Of a stretch of DNA of 64,000 bases, positions 37,563-50,849 are shown piece after piece (the first letter of the stretch is position 1; every line of letters begins with the position of its first letter). The position numbers and the translations under genes were made by a program. The DNA is from Ruditapes philippinarum (Eukaryota). A model generated the notes under the pieces. That model did not search any database. It worked only from the letters and a program-made list of their open reading frames with translations, and was not told the origin of the DNA. The stretch lies in NCBI RefSeq assembly GCF_026571515.1, contig NW_026856125.1, positions 496,001 through 560,000 of the forward strand. Direction: 5' to 3'.

Positions 37563-38557
37563 CTAATATGATAAATAATTGTATGATAAATCTGACAATT
37601 GACAGGGTTGAATTGATAGTTCAAATGCGATAATATGTGCAAAAACAAAGCCAGGATGACCCTTATTCGCTCCCCTGATTGTTTATCACTCTAAATATAT
37701 AATTCGGCGCTTCCCGCCTGGTTGGATCCTTTCCTAATAGAACTACCCGAGTAAAACACTCTCCAGATCAACAAAATTATATACCTATAATCCTGTTAAT
37801 AATCGTGTTATATACATGAACTCATAAATAAAAATTAAACATCTCGATTGAAAATCCTTTAGCTGATGTTTAAAATATTTGTTACTTTCAATAATATGAA
37901 TGAAATTAATTTCAGACATATTTTTTGTATCTTAGATAATAATGCTGAAATGTTATGAAAATCGAAAATATTATATTAAATTGTTCATGCTTATATTTTA
38001 AATGGAAAGCGTAATAATACAAAAAGTGCACTTAGATGTTTCCTCTATTTCATACTTAAAGATTGTTTTTATAGTTTATGTACTATATTTCTGACATTAA
38101 GGTAAAATACATGTATTAAGATAACGTGACCTGCCTGATTATGTACTGTACAATCACGTGCAAGATTGCAAGGGATGTTATGGTTAATTCATGTTATGGT
38201 AAATTATGTAAAGTACCTAATTCACAAGTATCACCGGTCCAGCCAAGTTTACATTGACACGTGTAGTGACCTGGTGTATTCACGCATTGGCCTCCGTTTT
38301 GACATGGAGTACTTATTTTACACTCGTCAACGTCTAAAAGGAATAAAATAAGAACCGATTTTTCAAAAATGGTCGATTTAGGTCACTAACATTAAATTTT
38401 AAGTCAATCTACATCTATTCAATTTTTATTATTTATTATGGCTGCAAGTTTCTGTTGAAAACGTGCGTTTCCGTTATGGGATAAACATAAATAAGAAAAC
38501 TTCATTGCAACTCAACATCTGTGTAAGTGAATAAAAAAACAAACAAAATTTTTATTA

Positions 38558-40611
38558 CGAGGTATGATATAAAAGGTCTCGGCCCGATATACTTCTAGCC
38601 ACTACACTGACATTTACACACGATACGTCGATACAGATATCTTATTGAAGATTATTGCCAGAGTTACACGCGGTTTTACACAAATTAAGAAACATAAAAC
38701 ACACTTTTATCAGTAGAGGGGTGTGTCATTAAAACCAAATGGAGAGAGTTGAAATCAGAGCCTTCATTAAGTACTCCTATAAGAAAAGGGATGTCCCCCA
38801 AGGTCATGAAGACTTCATGGATACTATGGGAAGGAGTCCCTTTCCTACAGCACTGTGAAAAAAATAGGCTGCTGAATTTCAGAGGGGCAGAGAGAGCATT
38901 GGAAATGATAAAAAGACCAAAAGAGGCCACCAATGATGAAACTGTCGAAGCTGTGCACGATCTGGTCATGTGCGACCGGAGGCGAGACCTGCGAAGCAAA
39001 CCTAGGGAAGTGGATATAAGCTTTGGTTCAGTTCAGACAATTCTGACTGAGTCAATGGCATGTCAAAGGTTTTCGCTAGATAGGTCCCAGACAGTTGACT
39101 GACGACCAGAAACAGACCAGGCTTGGCATTTCAAGATATCTTTTGTCCTGCTACGAGGTTAAAATCTGATTTTATCTACTGGATCATAACTCAGGATGAA
39201 ACATGGGCAAGAGGGTCATACCATGCACGCGCATCCTCAACATTCTGATACAGCGACCACTTTTTCAACAAGTATTTTGAACAAAAACGAGTCATGTAAA
39301 GCAATCAGAATAGATTTGAATTTAATTTCTTTTGCATAGAAGATGTCCATACTTGTAGTTTTAATATTCCAAATGCCTTGACACAAGTGTTTCCTTTCTT
39401 GTCAATATTTCGCGTTGAATGCGATTTTGATTCCGGATACTCCGTACACCCGGAGTTGAAATGTTACAGAAATTGAACTGAAAGTTTCACACAACTGGAA
39501 GTGAGTTTATTGTAGAATCTATTTCACAAATATATTTTCAATCTTTGTTATTGTTCCTTTGTACGAACAATGTCTTAAAACGAACCTTTTTCAGGAAATA
39601 GACATTATGATAGTGCGTACACTCTTAAAAAATCAAGATACTGCGAACACATTTATATATTATTGATTCTGCCTACACTTTCTTCGAAGCAGTCTTAGAT
39701 CATAATAGGATCAAATGGATAACACTGGCGAACAAAAAATAAAAAAAGTGAATTAAAATAAAAAAAGGATTCAAATCCTGTGTTAAGTGCTTCCTTAAAA
39801 TGTTTAAACTGTACATCCTAAAAAATGATTTAAGTTTAATATTTTTCATTAAATTGTTTACTCATTTATGTAAAACTCTAAACTGATAATTTAAAATAAC
39901 TAACTTTTTATAGTCAAATTTATAGTTCATTGAAAGAAATAGATGCATGTCGATTATATCACGGATTCTTCTCCAGACAACATGAAGGCCAATCAACATG
40001 GTCCTTACAAATGTGACATTTGAATAGGCATTTTTTTCTGAAACATGGGTTTCATCACTTCGATCCAGAATCCAAAAAACAGAGCATGCAGTGGAAGCAC
40101 CCGGATCACCCCTCCAAAGAAATTCAACAGGGTGCCATCAGCAGGGAAGATGATGGCTTCAATTATTTTGGATAGTCAGGAGAAAATCATTATTGACTAT
40201 CTTCAGCAGGTCGTTCAATGAACGATACTTAATATGCAAACGTAAAAAATCGATCGTAAAAGGAGGAGCAAACTGACTCAAGGTGTTCAGCTCCTGCACG
40301 ACAATGCGATGGCTGCTGCCACTGACTGCGGCTTAGAAATTCTTCCCCATCCCCCATGTTCTACAGACATTGCTTCCTCTGACTTCTACCTGTTTACGAA
40401 ATTGAAAACCAAGCTTCGTTGTCGACGTTTTGGGAGAATGAAGGTTTCATGGAGGCGGCCAATGAGTACTTTGAGAACCAAACTAGAGAGTTCTATTTTG
40501 AAGGGTTAAACAAGTTGGAGTACAGGTGGGCAGAGTGCATTGATGTAGAGGGCGATTATATTAAAAAGTAACCGGAAGTACATCGGGCTAAGATTTTTTT
40601 GATAATCTTCG
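38558..40611 (+). mobile_element. Degenerate mariner (DD34D-type) with a nested ~0.83-kb insertion
   Basis: TA-CGAGG..CTTCG-TA ends; TQDETW, DPESKKQSMQW, LLHDN, HPPCSTDIASSDFYLF; insertion 39208-40038 between duplicated tgaaacatggg. Confidence 0.88.
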
Positions 40612-40879
40612 TATCTGCTCAAAACTGGTATAAAACTTAATTAGGTAGTTCACGGTTGTGGTTTATTTGAATATATGTAATTAAAATCATTGACCAGCCT
40701 ACCTATTTCACAATTATTTCCATACCAACCGGAACAATAACATGAATAGCCGTGCTGGTTACTGACACAAAGTCCACCATTTTTGCACGGACTGCTTGAA
40801 CAGTGGTCAACCTGTGTTGTTACCTCTGTATTATGACATAAGAAGTTATTTATACAGTATAAATCTATATTTAAGTCGA

Positions 40880-42123
40880 GATTAAGAAATATTTTAATTA
40901 AACTTCATTGAAATGTTTCCGCTATAAGAAGTCGTGTCACGCACATGAACCAGGTCTCTAAGTCACAGGTCAGGGTCACTCTTAGAGGTCATTCAAAATG
41001 TTTGTCGGGAGCAAAACTTCTACATTCATAGAGGGATTTCAATATAACTTTGGACTAATGTTCACCATAGTGAGGCGGAGTGTCGCGTACTAAATTCGGA
41101 TCCTTCCACCAGGGTAAACGTCACATATAGAAGTCTAAGATGGGTCAAATAAAAATATAAAGATGTATATAGGGACCATACAGTCATCACTTATTGCGTG
41201 ATTGTAAAAGAAATGTTCATTCTCATGACTGAAGTTGTGACACATGCAATTCAGTCAATATATGCAAGGTCAAGGCCAGTAAAGATGATAACAAATCCAG
41301 ATTGTGTCTAGAGCATATCTCCTACATGTATGTATTTTAACATCATGAGAGGTATTGCTCAAAAAATGATTTAGGTATATAGATAAAAACAAAGTAACAC
41401 TTAGAGCTAATTGTTCAACAGCTTGTCCGGAGCAAAATATCTACATTCAAAGGGGAATTTTGATATACTAGTAACTTAGGACAAATATTTACCATTGTAA
41501 GGCGGAGTGCCGGGCGCGAAATCCGGTCATAGCGATCAAAGTCAAGGTCACACATAGAGGTCAAAGTTCAGATAAAAATATGAAAACTGTGTAAGGACCA
41601 TTCAGTCATTATTAATGGATTGAAACACAAATGACAAATATCATGACAATGGCTTGGACACATGTAATTTATGTTAAAATTTGCAAATTCAAGGTCATTC
41701 GAGATGATTAAATAGTCCGATATTGTCCAATGCATACCTTCTACATATATGGAGGAATGTTATTTTACATTGTTGACCGTAATATGAGGCAGTGCCTTAC
41801 TTATTAACCAGGTCTCTAGGTCAAGAGGCAATGTGACTGTAAGGTCTTGTTTAAAAAAACAAAAAAACATAACGCTTGTCCCGAGCAAACATCTACATAT
41901 ATTGAGGGGATTTTAATTTTTACTTGCCACACTATTTCAAAATTGTCTCGCATAGAATTCAGGTGCCTGCAACCAAGGTCAAGGTCAAACATAGAGCTAA
42001 AATGTTCGATAAAAATACGAAAATATGTATAGGGATCCACTTGCTTGCCACACTTCTTATTGCCCATATCTACACATAAAGCTTTTGTGATGGGCGTTAT
42101 TTTAGTGACAATGCCATCCTTGT
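40880..42123 (+). repeat. Old tandem-repeat (HINE-like) element; paralog ~10220-11845
   Basis: Recurrent 'ggtcaaggtcac' and 'gtccggagca' units; 3' ..CCTTGTT end; limits approximate. Confidence 0.5.
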
Positions 42124-42725
42124 TGTATTTCGCATATTTATTATGGTCTTCAGTGATTAACGATTATCAAATAACAAGACTATGTTAAATGTTCTGTATA
42201 TGATTTGTAACCATATCAATTATTCAACACAGTTGATGTCAGTTTGCATATTTGAATGATTGCGTCATTTAATCATGAATATAAACGATCGTTCTATTAA
42301 CATATTACTTTTTAAATTTGGCACTAATCATGTAGAACAAAAATGCTTTGGAATTAGTATTTCTACACAAGTCATGTAAATTTGATAAATTAAAAACTGA
42401 CTGTTTTATTTGAATTGAATTATTGTAACATTTTCTTCCCTTTAACTTTCCTAGAAATAATAGACATTTAGAGTATTTGTGATTTTCCAGACCAAAGTCA
42501 TAGCATTACACACAATGCTTATTAAAGTAAATTCACGTGTCTCCGAATATACGGATGTACGGCAAAAATAAAAATATTAAAATGTTCTTTTTCACAAAAT
42601 AATTATATGCAATGAAATACTTTTTTTGTGTTCTTAAAATGCTACACATGCAACATATTATATTGAATAAAATCATGAATGAATTCCTTGTTATACAGTT
42701 AAAATGTTTTGAAATAGAAAGATAC

Positions 42726-42843
42726 TTGTACAGAAATGTCCCGTCCAGCCATTTGCGCCATTACATTTGTAGTCACCTAATAAATTTATACACGTTGCGT
42801 TGTTTTGACATAATAGTCCCCTTTTATGAGTTATCTTTATCAT
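42726..42843 (-). pseudogene. Decayed long-type EGF pseudo-exon
   Basis: 118 nt (not 3n); ..HKRGLLCQNNATCINLLGDYKCNGANGWTGHFCT; Cys1 lost, Cys5->Gly; resembles the 44620 exon. Confidence 0.7.
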
Positions 42844-42986
42844 CTTAAGCGTACTTTACAATTTTAGTGCCTTTATTGGTGTCCGTTAGAATTTCAATAT
42901 TTTTAGATATTTTGTTTACATTATTGGAGTTCCTTCATAATAAGTTTGTTTTAAATTCTAAAAGTTTTATAAATTAGGCATCTGAC

Positions 42987-43100
42987 CTGTCTGACAAAAC
43001 GCACCAGTCCAACCGGACCCACATTTGCAATTATAACCGCCATACGTGTTGCTACAGGCTGCATGATTTAAACAAGGGTTGTCCAAGCATTCATCCACAT
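42987..43100 (-). CDS. Calcium-binding EGF exon
   Basis: 114 nt; DVDECLDNPCLNHAACSNTYGGYNCKCGSGWTGAFCQT. Confidence 0.92.
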
Positions 43101-44619
43101 CTGAAAACATCAATAATAGTTATCACTCATCGTAAAAAAAATATAAAAAAGAAAAGATAAGTTAAATGTATGTACTTATTTTCAAGCTAAATCCTTGAAA
43201 GAAAGGAGAAATGTGGCTGTGTGTTTTCCACTTATCATCTGAATGTGACATGCAGCTGCTGACATGTGGGCAAAATTTTAACTCTTATTATATCGCGGTG
43301 ATCAGATAAATAAAAAGACAATAAATCGCTCGGGGCTAGAATATCATCTGGAGCCACGGGGAATCTTTGCATGACCAGGATTATGACAAATCTCATAAAT
43401 AATTCATATGTCACATAAGCTCTTTTATGTAATTTCTTATGATAAAATTAACTTTAACTTGAAATAAGAATGCAGTAGGCGCGAAAGTGTGTAAACAAAA
43501 TCTGTTATCTTGACCCTAGTGAACCATAGTTAGATAGTCTACCTATATCGATTTTTTTATCAGTCAATAAATCAGGGCAGCATGAACTGTGTAAAAATCT
43601 AAATGCATCAGAGTAGGAACCTTGATCCAAGTAACTTCTTCTTTCAAAATGAAAGGAACCCACGAGATATTAACCTACGAAATAACTATGAAAGACATAA
43701 GTTATTAAATTAAAGCTGTATAAGCAAAAGTGTATTAAAATGTTATCAAGTATCAGTGACTTTTATCGTAGTGTCCGCTTACTCCTCACAAAGTAAAAGC
43801 ACCATGACCTTGATCCAAGTGATCCTATCTACACCTATATTAATAAGACTACCAAAAAAAAAATTCAACATTAATATGAAAGAACACTGTCAATAAATAA
43901 AGACTATTTTAGCAGAAGATGAAACTTGCATGATGAAGAGTTTTACAGGGAGACTATTCAAAATTCAAGCAATGTATCATTATGTTTCTTTGACAATGTA
44001 CCCACTCTCTCTAGAAAAACTTGAAACACGTTTCAAAACAATTTCCAGCCGAGCATAATAATTATGTATCAAATTGGGAGATAAATAAAAAAGTATGTAA
44101 AGAGGAATATTGCACTTCTTCTCACTAGTCTTTATAATTATTTGGAGTTTCAATGACTTTATAGTTTTTAGGCAATGCACTTTCTCTAAAACACTACATT
44201 TTCTCTAACTGGTCGAAGATTCTGTCAAATTACAACCATATGTATTAAGTTATTGTCTAAACAAGAGGATGATGGAAACACGGACAATGCTCCGAAAATA
44301 TGATTTCCCTTTCGAAAACATGTAAATACGACGCAAGGGTCACATATATGTTGCAAAAATATCAGAAAGTTTACGAAGCTTTACACGCTAACTGAAGCGC
44401 TACCTATCATTTAAATTTGCTTATAAAATATATAAAATGGAGTCAGAATTGTGACATCTATCCGAAAATTTTTTTTTTGTTTCCGCCAAATTGTTCGAGA
44501 CATGTTACAAATATCGGAAATAAGCAAATTATGATAAATGTTAGGCCGTTGTAAGTATTGAGAATATATATTAGTCAAAGATGATTATAAAAACTGATTT
44601 AAACAAACCGAGTACATAC

Positions 44620-44748
44620 CTTCCGAGCAAAACCGTCCTGTCCATCCTTCACTACAGTTACATTTAAAGGAACCATTTTCGTTTATACAAGAAGCCCCAT
44701 TGCGACACAGAAACCCTCTAGAGTTAAATATCGCACACTCGTCTAAAT
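44620..44748 (-). CDS. Calcium-binding EGF exon (long type)
   Basis: 129 nt; DLDECAIFNSRGFLCRNGASCINENGSFKCNCSEGWTGRFCSE. Confidence 0.92.
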
Positions 44749-45516
44749 CTGGTTGATAAAAAGAATATTTAACAACACAACGCATCTTACATCGTATCTG
44801 GTACTGTAGTATAAGAAACGATTACACAATCATGTGTCACTCTTACAGCAAATAATATTTTTAGAAAATACCTTTGTGTTAATGTTTTAAACATCAAATA
44901 AGAGAATGCAAATATACACACGATAATGCATTGATATACGGTTTTAAGCCTATCAATTAGTCTTAACAGAAAACACTTATTGTAAATAATGCATGTACAA
45001 TTATGTAACATCGATTCTCATTGGTCGCCTAAAATATATACAATCATATAAGATAAACTCAACTTGCTTATGCACCAATATAATAAGCTAGATATACAAG
45101 TTTAAATAACATTGTTAGCAGAATATGTAGCTGTATATGTGTAGCATAACATCGGTCACATTTGCCTCGGGTTATATTTATATCTCAACACACTTTTTGT
45201 AGCAAAAATTTGTTGGTACTGGTAACTGTTTCAAAATATACATTATTTTATAAATGAATAAGTTTCCTATTTAGAATTAACTTGCTGAATTACATAGACT
45301 TTTCCAGCCTGTTTTTGCTTGTAACCGCATATTTCCAACTTTCAGACGTCAATATGAAAATTAACAGTAAACAATTTTTTTCAGACCACACGGAATTTAC
45401 TGGGTTTCCTTACAAATACTTGTCGGTTCCTGCAGGTTATAGTTTAATAACAACCTAACGTAAATGCATTTATCTTTAAGCGTTAAAAATAGGAGCAAGA
45501 GCAAAGATAGGGATAC

Positions 45517-45629
45517 CAGTATCACACATTTGCTCTGTCCAATGTGACGGATAATTACAGGTTTACCAGTCATGTTTGTTCCAACAGGTCCGATTGTTCG
45601 AGCACAGGTTTTGTAACATTCGTCAAAAT
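45517..45629 (-). pseudogene. Decayed cbEGF pseudo-exon
   Basis: 113 nt (frameshift after DFDEC), TAA at the conserved Tyr, Cys5->Tyr; still ends WTEQMCDT|gt. Confidence 0.75.
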
Positions 45630-45722
45630 CTTTAAAAAGTAGGATTGCCCCACTTTTCTTCAGAAAGATGAAGTTTAACTGATTATTATAGATTCAGAGG
45701 CAGAAAAAAGAAATAAAAGTAC

Positions 45723-45836
45723 CTATGTCACAGTTAATTCCGGTCCATCCTGATGTGCAGGAGCAGTTATATCTCCCAGGCAAGTTGGAACACGTGCCAT
45801 TATTCTTACATGGATTTGTTAAGCACTCATCTGCAT
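45723..45836 (-). CDS. Calcium-binding EGF exon (tandem duplicate of 46899-47012)
   Basis: 114 nt; [38 protein letters not shown]; upstream intron also duplicated. Confidence 0.88.
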
Positions 45837-46898
45837 CTATATTCAATCGTATAAAATAGATTTTGTGTCATGAACTTGTTCGGCTGTTAAACAGTTTTTT
45901 TCATAGATTAAAATTTGAATCTGTCAATAAGCCTTGTGTGATCTTGGTAACACTTAACATGACAATTAATGTTTAAAACTCACAGTTTTCTTGAAAAAAA
46001 AAATTTCCTCATATGTATATGGAATACATATATTTCATATAATATATTAAGTGTTGCATACAACATCAACAGTAATTCTTACTTCTTTATTTTCTTCATG
46101 TAACATCAAACTGCAAAATTTTTTGCAGGTATTCACTTATAACTTTATACAAGATCGATATTTTGATCCAAGAACCATAAACTAATTTTAGGGAATATAG
46201 AAATTAAAACTTTTCGTTGAAATTAAGCATGCGATATCAATTTTCAAAACAACATAATTTATTTACTTGAAACTTAATACATGTCGGCTGAATAATAATC
46301 GTAGGTTACTGTCAATGGCCCCATCTGACGTAAATTTATGCTGAATTAAAGCGCTTTGGGAAGTCAGCAGAAAAAAAGTCTGGTTGTAATATTGATCTTT
46401 CAGAAGGAAAACCTACCAGATGTATTCTGTGACATTTAATTCATGCTGTCGGAAATCAATTCATTTTTTGCATATATTTTGAATGAAATAAGGCCCTTTG
46501 CGAACTTGACAAATAGCCAGGACTCATGACAATGTCTTGAATGGTGAACTCCAATTATGATATCATCCTGTCCACTTGAATGATGTTTCAAATAATTACC
46601 TTGAGTAATTTTGCAGATTGAAGTTACACGAAAAACTTCAACCAATAGTTTTCTGTTGATTTTGCAACATCACAAATGGTCATGAATATAGAATTATTTT
46701 ACAGTTTCTTCCTATTATGCCCTTAAGTAAGTGTGTAAATTAACAAGCAAATTTGAAAATACATTTAAAATTATACCAAAGTGTAATGCCAAAGCCAACG
46801 CCTTCGCCAGGATAAGTAGGATTGTCCAACTATTTTTCGAAAAATCGAGATTAACTTAATAATTATAGATTTGCAGCAGCATAAACCAATGAAAGTAC

Positions 46899-47012
46899 CT
46901 GTGTCACAGTTACTTCCTGTCCATCCAGTTGAGCATGCGCAGTTATATCCCCCATGCAAGTTGGAACACGTGCCATTATTCTTACACGGATTTGTTAAGC
47001 ACTCATCTACAT
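46899..47012 (-). CDS. Calcium-binding EGF exon
   Basis: 114 nt; [38 protein letters not shown]. Confidence 0.92.
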
Positions 47013-47237
47013 CTATACTCAATCAAATACAAGAGATTTTGGATGATGAAAATTTGTTTAGCTGTAAACCAAAATTTCGTTTTTGTAATTTAAAATCTGA
47101 ATCTGTCAGTAAACTTTTAGTGATCTTGGTAGCAATTGACAAGACAATATTTTTTTTTAAAATTACTGTTTTTTTTGTAAAAAAGAATTTCCTCATCTTA
47201 AGGAATTCACAATATATAGGCTTTTATGAACTCAAAC

Positions 47238-47288
47238 CTTTTAAACAGATAGGACCTGTCCATGTGTCAGTGCACGAACAGCTATACC
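47238..47288 (-). pseudogene. Half-EGF exon remnant (5' half replaced by a hAT fragment)
   Basis: GYSCSCTDTWTGPICLK|gtttga; only Cys4-6 remain; abuts the transposase remnant at ~47290. Confidence 0.7.
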
Positions 47289-47290
47289 CT

Positions 47291-48700
47291 ATGCAGAACA
47301 AGAAAACCCAATTGAATCATTATGTGAATGCCCAAACGACTGAGGAATCCCAGCAAAATTTTAATGCTTTGAAATAAAGACAATCCACTCACATCGGGTT
47401 GCACAAACTTCAGATTTTCGGAATTTGAAAGGCATGTTACATCATATCAGCATAAAACTGCACTGAAGTCACAATCTCTTAGGAGTAAAATAAACAGACA
47501 CTCTTAAGCACTTCTTGAATCTAAAACTGAAGGTGCTATATGTGCCATGCGATTTATCTACTGGTAAGCTAAAGAACAGTTGCCAACTTCATAGTATAAG
47601 TTCTTTCTTAAATTACAAAAAATACAGGGATGTTCATTTCCTGATGAATTGTAAGTAAAATATCAATGGGAAGCATGTTTAAAAATGTGCAGTTTTTCAA
47701 ATCTATCAATTATGTAATATTTGTAAGTATGACTAGGAACAATGTCAACTTATACATTTATTAATTTAATTCGATACATAGTTGATGTTTAAAATTCAGG
47801 ATTCAGTAGTTTCAGTTTTAGGAATATTTAAAAGTGTTGAACCTAATAAAGTTAATCGCTTATTTATTATTAAACAGAATAACGATTATATATAAATTTA
47901 TGATGTTTAAGGTTTGCACTAGTACATCTTATACGTCTCATATAATACACAAATATACGTCTCATATCAAGTTTCCTTCAGGAAGAGACATATATTAGTC
48001 TGAGATCTAGTCAATTTATTTCTATTCTAGTATTTGAGACCTGTGACATTTCAATTACTAAAACACTGAAAGAACTGTTAACACCTACTTTTGATGTAAA
48101 AACTCATCATATATCTAATATTACCAATGTTAATGGGACATCAAAGACTATTTACACAGCTGTAAATCAAACTCTGGCTTCTCCCAATATCACATTATTG
48201 TTGCTGTTGAATCAGATGGTGCATGACTGGTCATAAAAATGGGGTTGTTGCATTATAATATCTTATGATTCCCCATATGTATTTGTTGTACATTGATCTG
48301 CTCATAGATTAGCTTTATGCTCTAGTCAAGCTACCGAAAAGGTACCCTACATAATAATACAACAGCAAATTTTATCTGATGTAATTTATTATTTTAAAAG
48401 ACCAGCAGTCAGGAGGGAAGGACTGAAATTTATTCAAACAATTTCGGAAGATCCTTGATAACAATATAAAGAGTTAAATAGTGTAGTGTCAGATGATGGT
48501 TTTCGAATTAAGCATTCGTATGACATTAAAGTAGCTTCTCGTAACAGGATATCTGGAGAAAGGCTGAATGGATTAATGAAAATATCACTGGGACCAGCTG
48601 TGGAACATTTTGACTTTAATAAAGCAATGTGCAAGTGAAAGTCTAACCATACAAACAATTAGAATTTGTCCAATAAGGCAGACATAATTATAGCTTATAC
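47291..48700 (+). mobile_element. hAT (ZNF862-like) transposase remnant
   Basis: ESDGA..TGHKNGV, VH*SAHRLALCSSQA, RNRISGERLNGLMKISLGP; many stops; termini not found. Confidence 0.75.
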
Positions 48701-49068
48701 TTGAATATACTGAAAAATATGGAAAAACAAACAAAACAAGATTAACAAGAAGGGAGACATTTAATGAACGCAACCCCAACACGACCTACCACCGGCAAGG
48801 AGCCCAGCAAGACAGCAAACAAATACAAGCCAGGGCACAAGGACCTGTTAAGTGCCATGACATTCTTCCCCTTTGTCTTTTTTGTTGATAGACAAATTCT
48901 TCTTTCGATAAAACCATTTCTTTGAAACTTTGAAAATCTTTTATAATAAAGATTTCGTTCAACCATCATTTATTTATGTTAATGCGTTTAAAAGAAAAGT
49001 GTTTGAACGAAACATTATGTTTGCAGATATGGAAATAAAAGAAAAAAATGCCACTACTTAGTGATTAC

Positions 49069-49185
49069 CAGTCTGACATTGTGTTCCTTTCCATCCACTG
49101 AGACACGTGCAAGTAAAATGGCCTGGAGTGTTTACACACGTGGCCCCGTTCTGACAAAATCTGTACCTTGTGCATTCATCTATAT
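49069..49185 (-). CDS. Calcium-binding EGF exon
   Basis: 117 nt; DIDECTRYRFCQNGATCVNTPGHFTCTCLSGWKGTQCQT. Confidence 0.92.
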
Positions 49186-49636
49186 CTAAATGAAAAGGGT
49201 CAATGTAATATCCAAATACATTTTTGTTTTCATTATAACAAACAGTTATAACGATGAAACTCCTTACTTACTTATATATGGTGACAGATGAGCTGATTAA
49301 GGATAACATATTATATACAACCCGTTTATGTTAATACAGTTGTGTACGAGAATTTGAAAAAGCAATTAATGAAAGCAATTGTATAATGTTCACAAATAAA
49401 AAACTCGCTATCCTCAGTCCTAATGTTTTGTATTTTTACGTTGATGATACTATAGTGAAATGTAATAAAGTTTAAATAAACCGTTAATGTAATAATCAAT
49501 TTGGCATCTTAAGCATGTCTTCAGGCACATTCATTGAATAATTCACTTTAAAATTCAATAAATTAGATATTCCATGAGAGACAGTGCAAACTTGTTATAT
49601 AATTTGATTATTTAAAGTACGAGTAAATCACATTAC

Positions 49637-49750
49637 CGAGGTCACAATTTTTTCCCTCCCAACCACTCTGACATGAACAAACATAGGTTCCGTCTGTATT
49701 TGTGCACTGTCCGTTGTGATTACATGGTTGTTGAGTGCATTCATTTATAT
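49637..49750 (-). CDS. Calcium-binding EGF exon
   Basis: 114 nt, phase 1-1; DINECTQQPCNHNGQCTNTDGTYVCSCQSGWEGKNCDL. Confidence 0.92.
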
Positions 49751-50729
49751 CTAAAATGGCATCGAAATAAGGAATGACGTTTGACATTTCTAAGCTTAAA
49801 TTTATTCGAAGTACAATCTTAATCGTTTACAAATTCCATTTTAATCAGGTGTTTTTATATCTAATAAGTTAATGTTTCCAATTTTTTGTCACTTTAAATG
49901 CTTTTTTATTAAAATTAAATTGTGCATTTATTTAGATCTAAAACGTTCTACAAATTGTGGACATTCATTCAATTCATACATTATGATCTAATATGGTTGT
50001 TGAAAACATTTAATATATACTATAATAAATGAAATACAGACTACATTTTGTTTATTGCATCATTTATTTATAAAAGTCGCATTTTGTTCTACAGTCAATT
50101 ATACTACAAGTTTGTCTGCTTTGACTTCTATATCTGAATACAATTTTTTTTAAATGCACTGATTGAAATCACCTGTGAATGAAATGATAAACATACCACA
50201 AGCAGACTCACAGACAGATTCAGTAGAAAGCAGATATATAATGCAAAAAATGATTTATAAAGGATAACTATTATACAGTTGTTAGAAAAAACAAAACATT
50301 TAAAGCCCATTATTCCCCAGAAAAATCATTTTATTTCTGAAAAAAACCTATTCATTTTGGTACATTGTAATCTTATTATTTCTTCCAAAAAGTAATTTAT
50401 TCGCCATATAGATGAACAATATTTTCTCCTTTGTTCTACTGACAAGTGGTATATTTGAAGTGAATTAATAAGTATTTTGTATGGAAGTTAAATACTACTT
50501 ATTTTACATTTTGTTACCTTTACAACATAACTGCACGCTCAGCACTACTTTCTGCAGTTGGTTAACATCTAACACGCTCTTTATTCTTTACTTAAACATG
50601 AAACAAGTGCTTAACATTTCTAACAAATTAAAGCAATGTGGATTTCGAAGGCATAATGTGCCTTAAACTATTAATCTTTAAAGTATATAGTTACGCAAGT
50701 CTTCTTTGTTTGAAAATATATAATGATAC

Positions 50730-50849
50730 CCGTCTCACATTGGTTGCCCATCCAGCCTTGGTTACAGGCGCAACTAGCTACGCCATTGGTTACTGAACAT
50801 GTTCCATGTACGCAATTCAAATTTGAACACGGACTTTGTGGTTGAACCC
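50730..50849 (-). CDS. EGF exon 1
   Basis: phase 1-1; GVQPQSPCSNLNCVHGTCSVTNGVASCACNQGWMGNQCET. Confidence 0.88.

Larger units (their letters stand above)
19990..41925 (+). repeat. Segmental duplicate 2
   Basis: Matches 70-11845; longer because of the L1/Tx1 and composite insertions and retained EGF exons. Confidence 0.9.

Noticed and set aside
46871-47377. 168-aa plus-strand ORF
   Set aside because: Antisense shadow of minus-strand EGF exons plus intron sequence.
42987-50849. Calling the EGF gene Notch, fibropellin or hemicentin
   Set aside because: No LNR, ankyrin, transmembrane, CUB, avidin or Ig exons seen; similarity is limited to generic cbEGF repeats, so no symbol is given.
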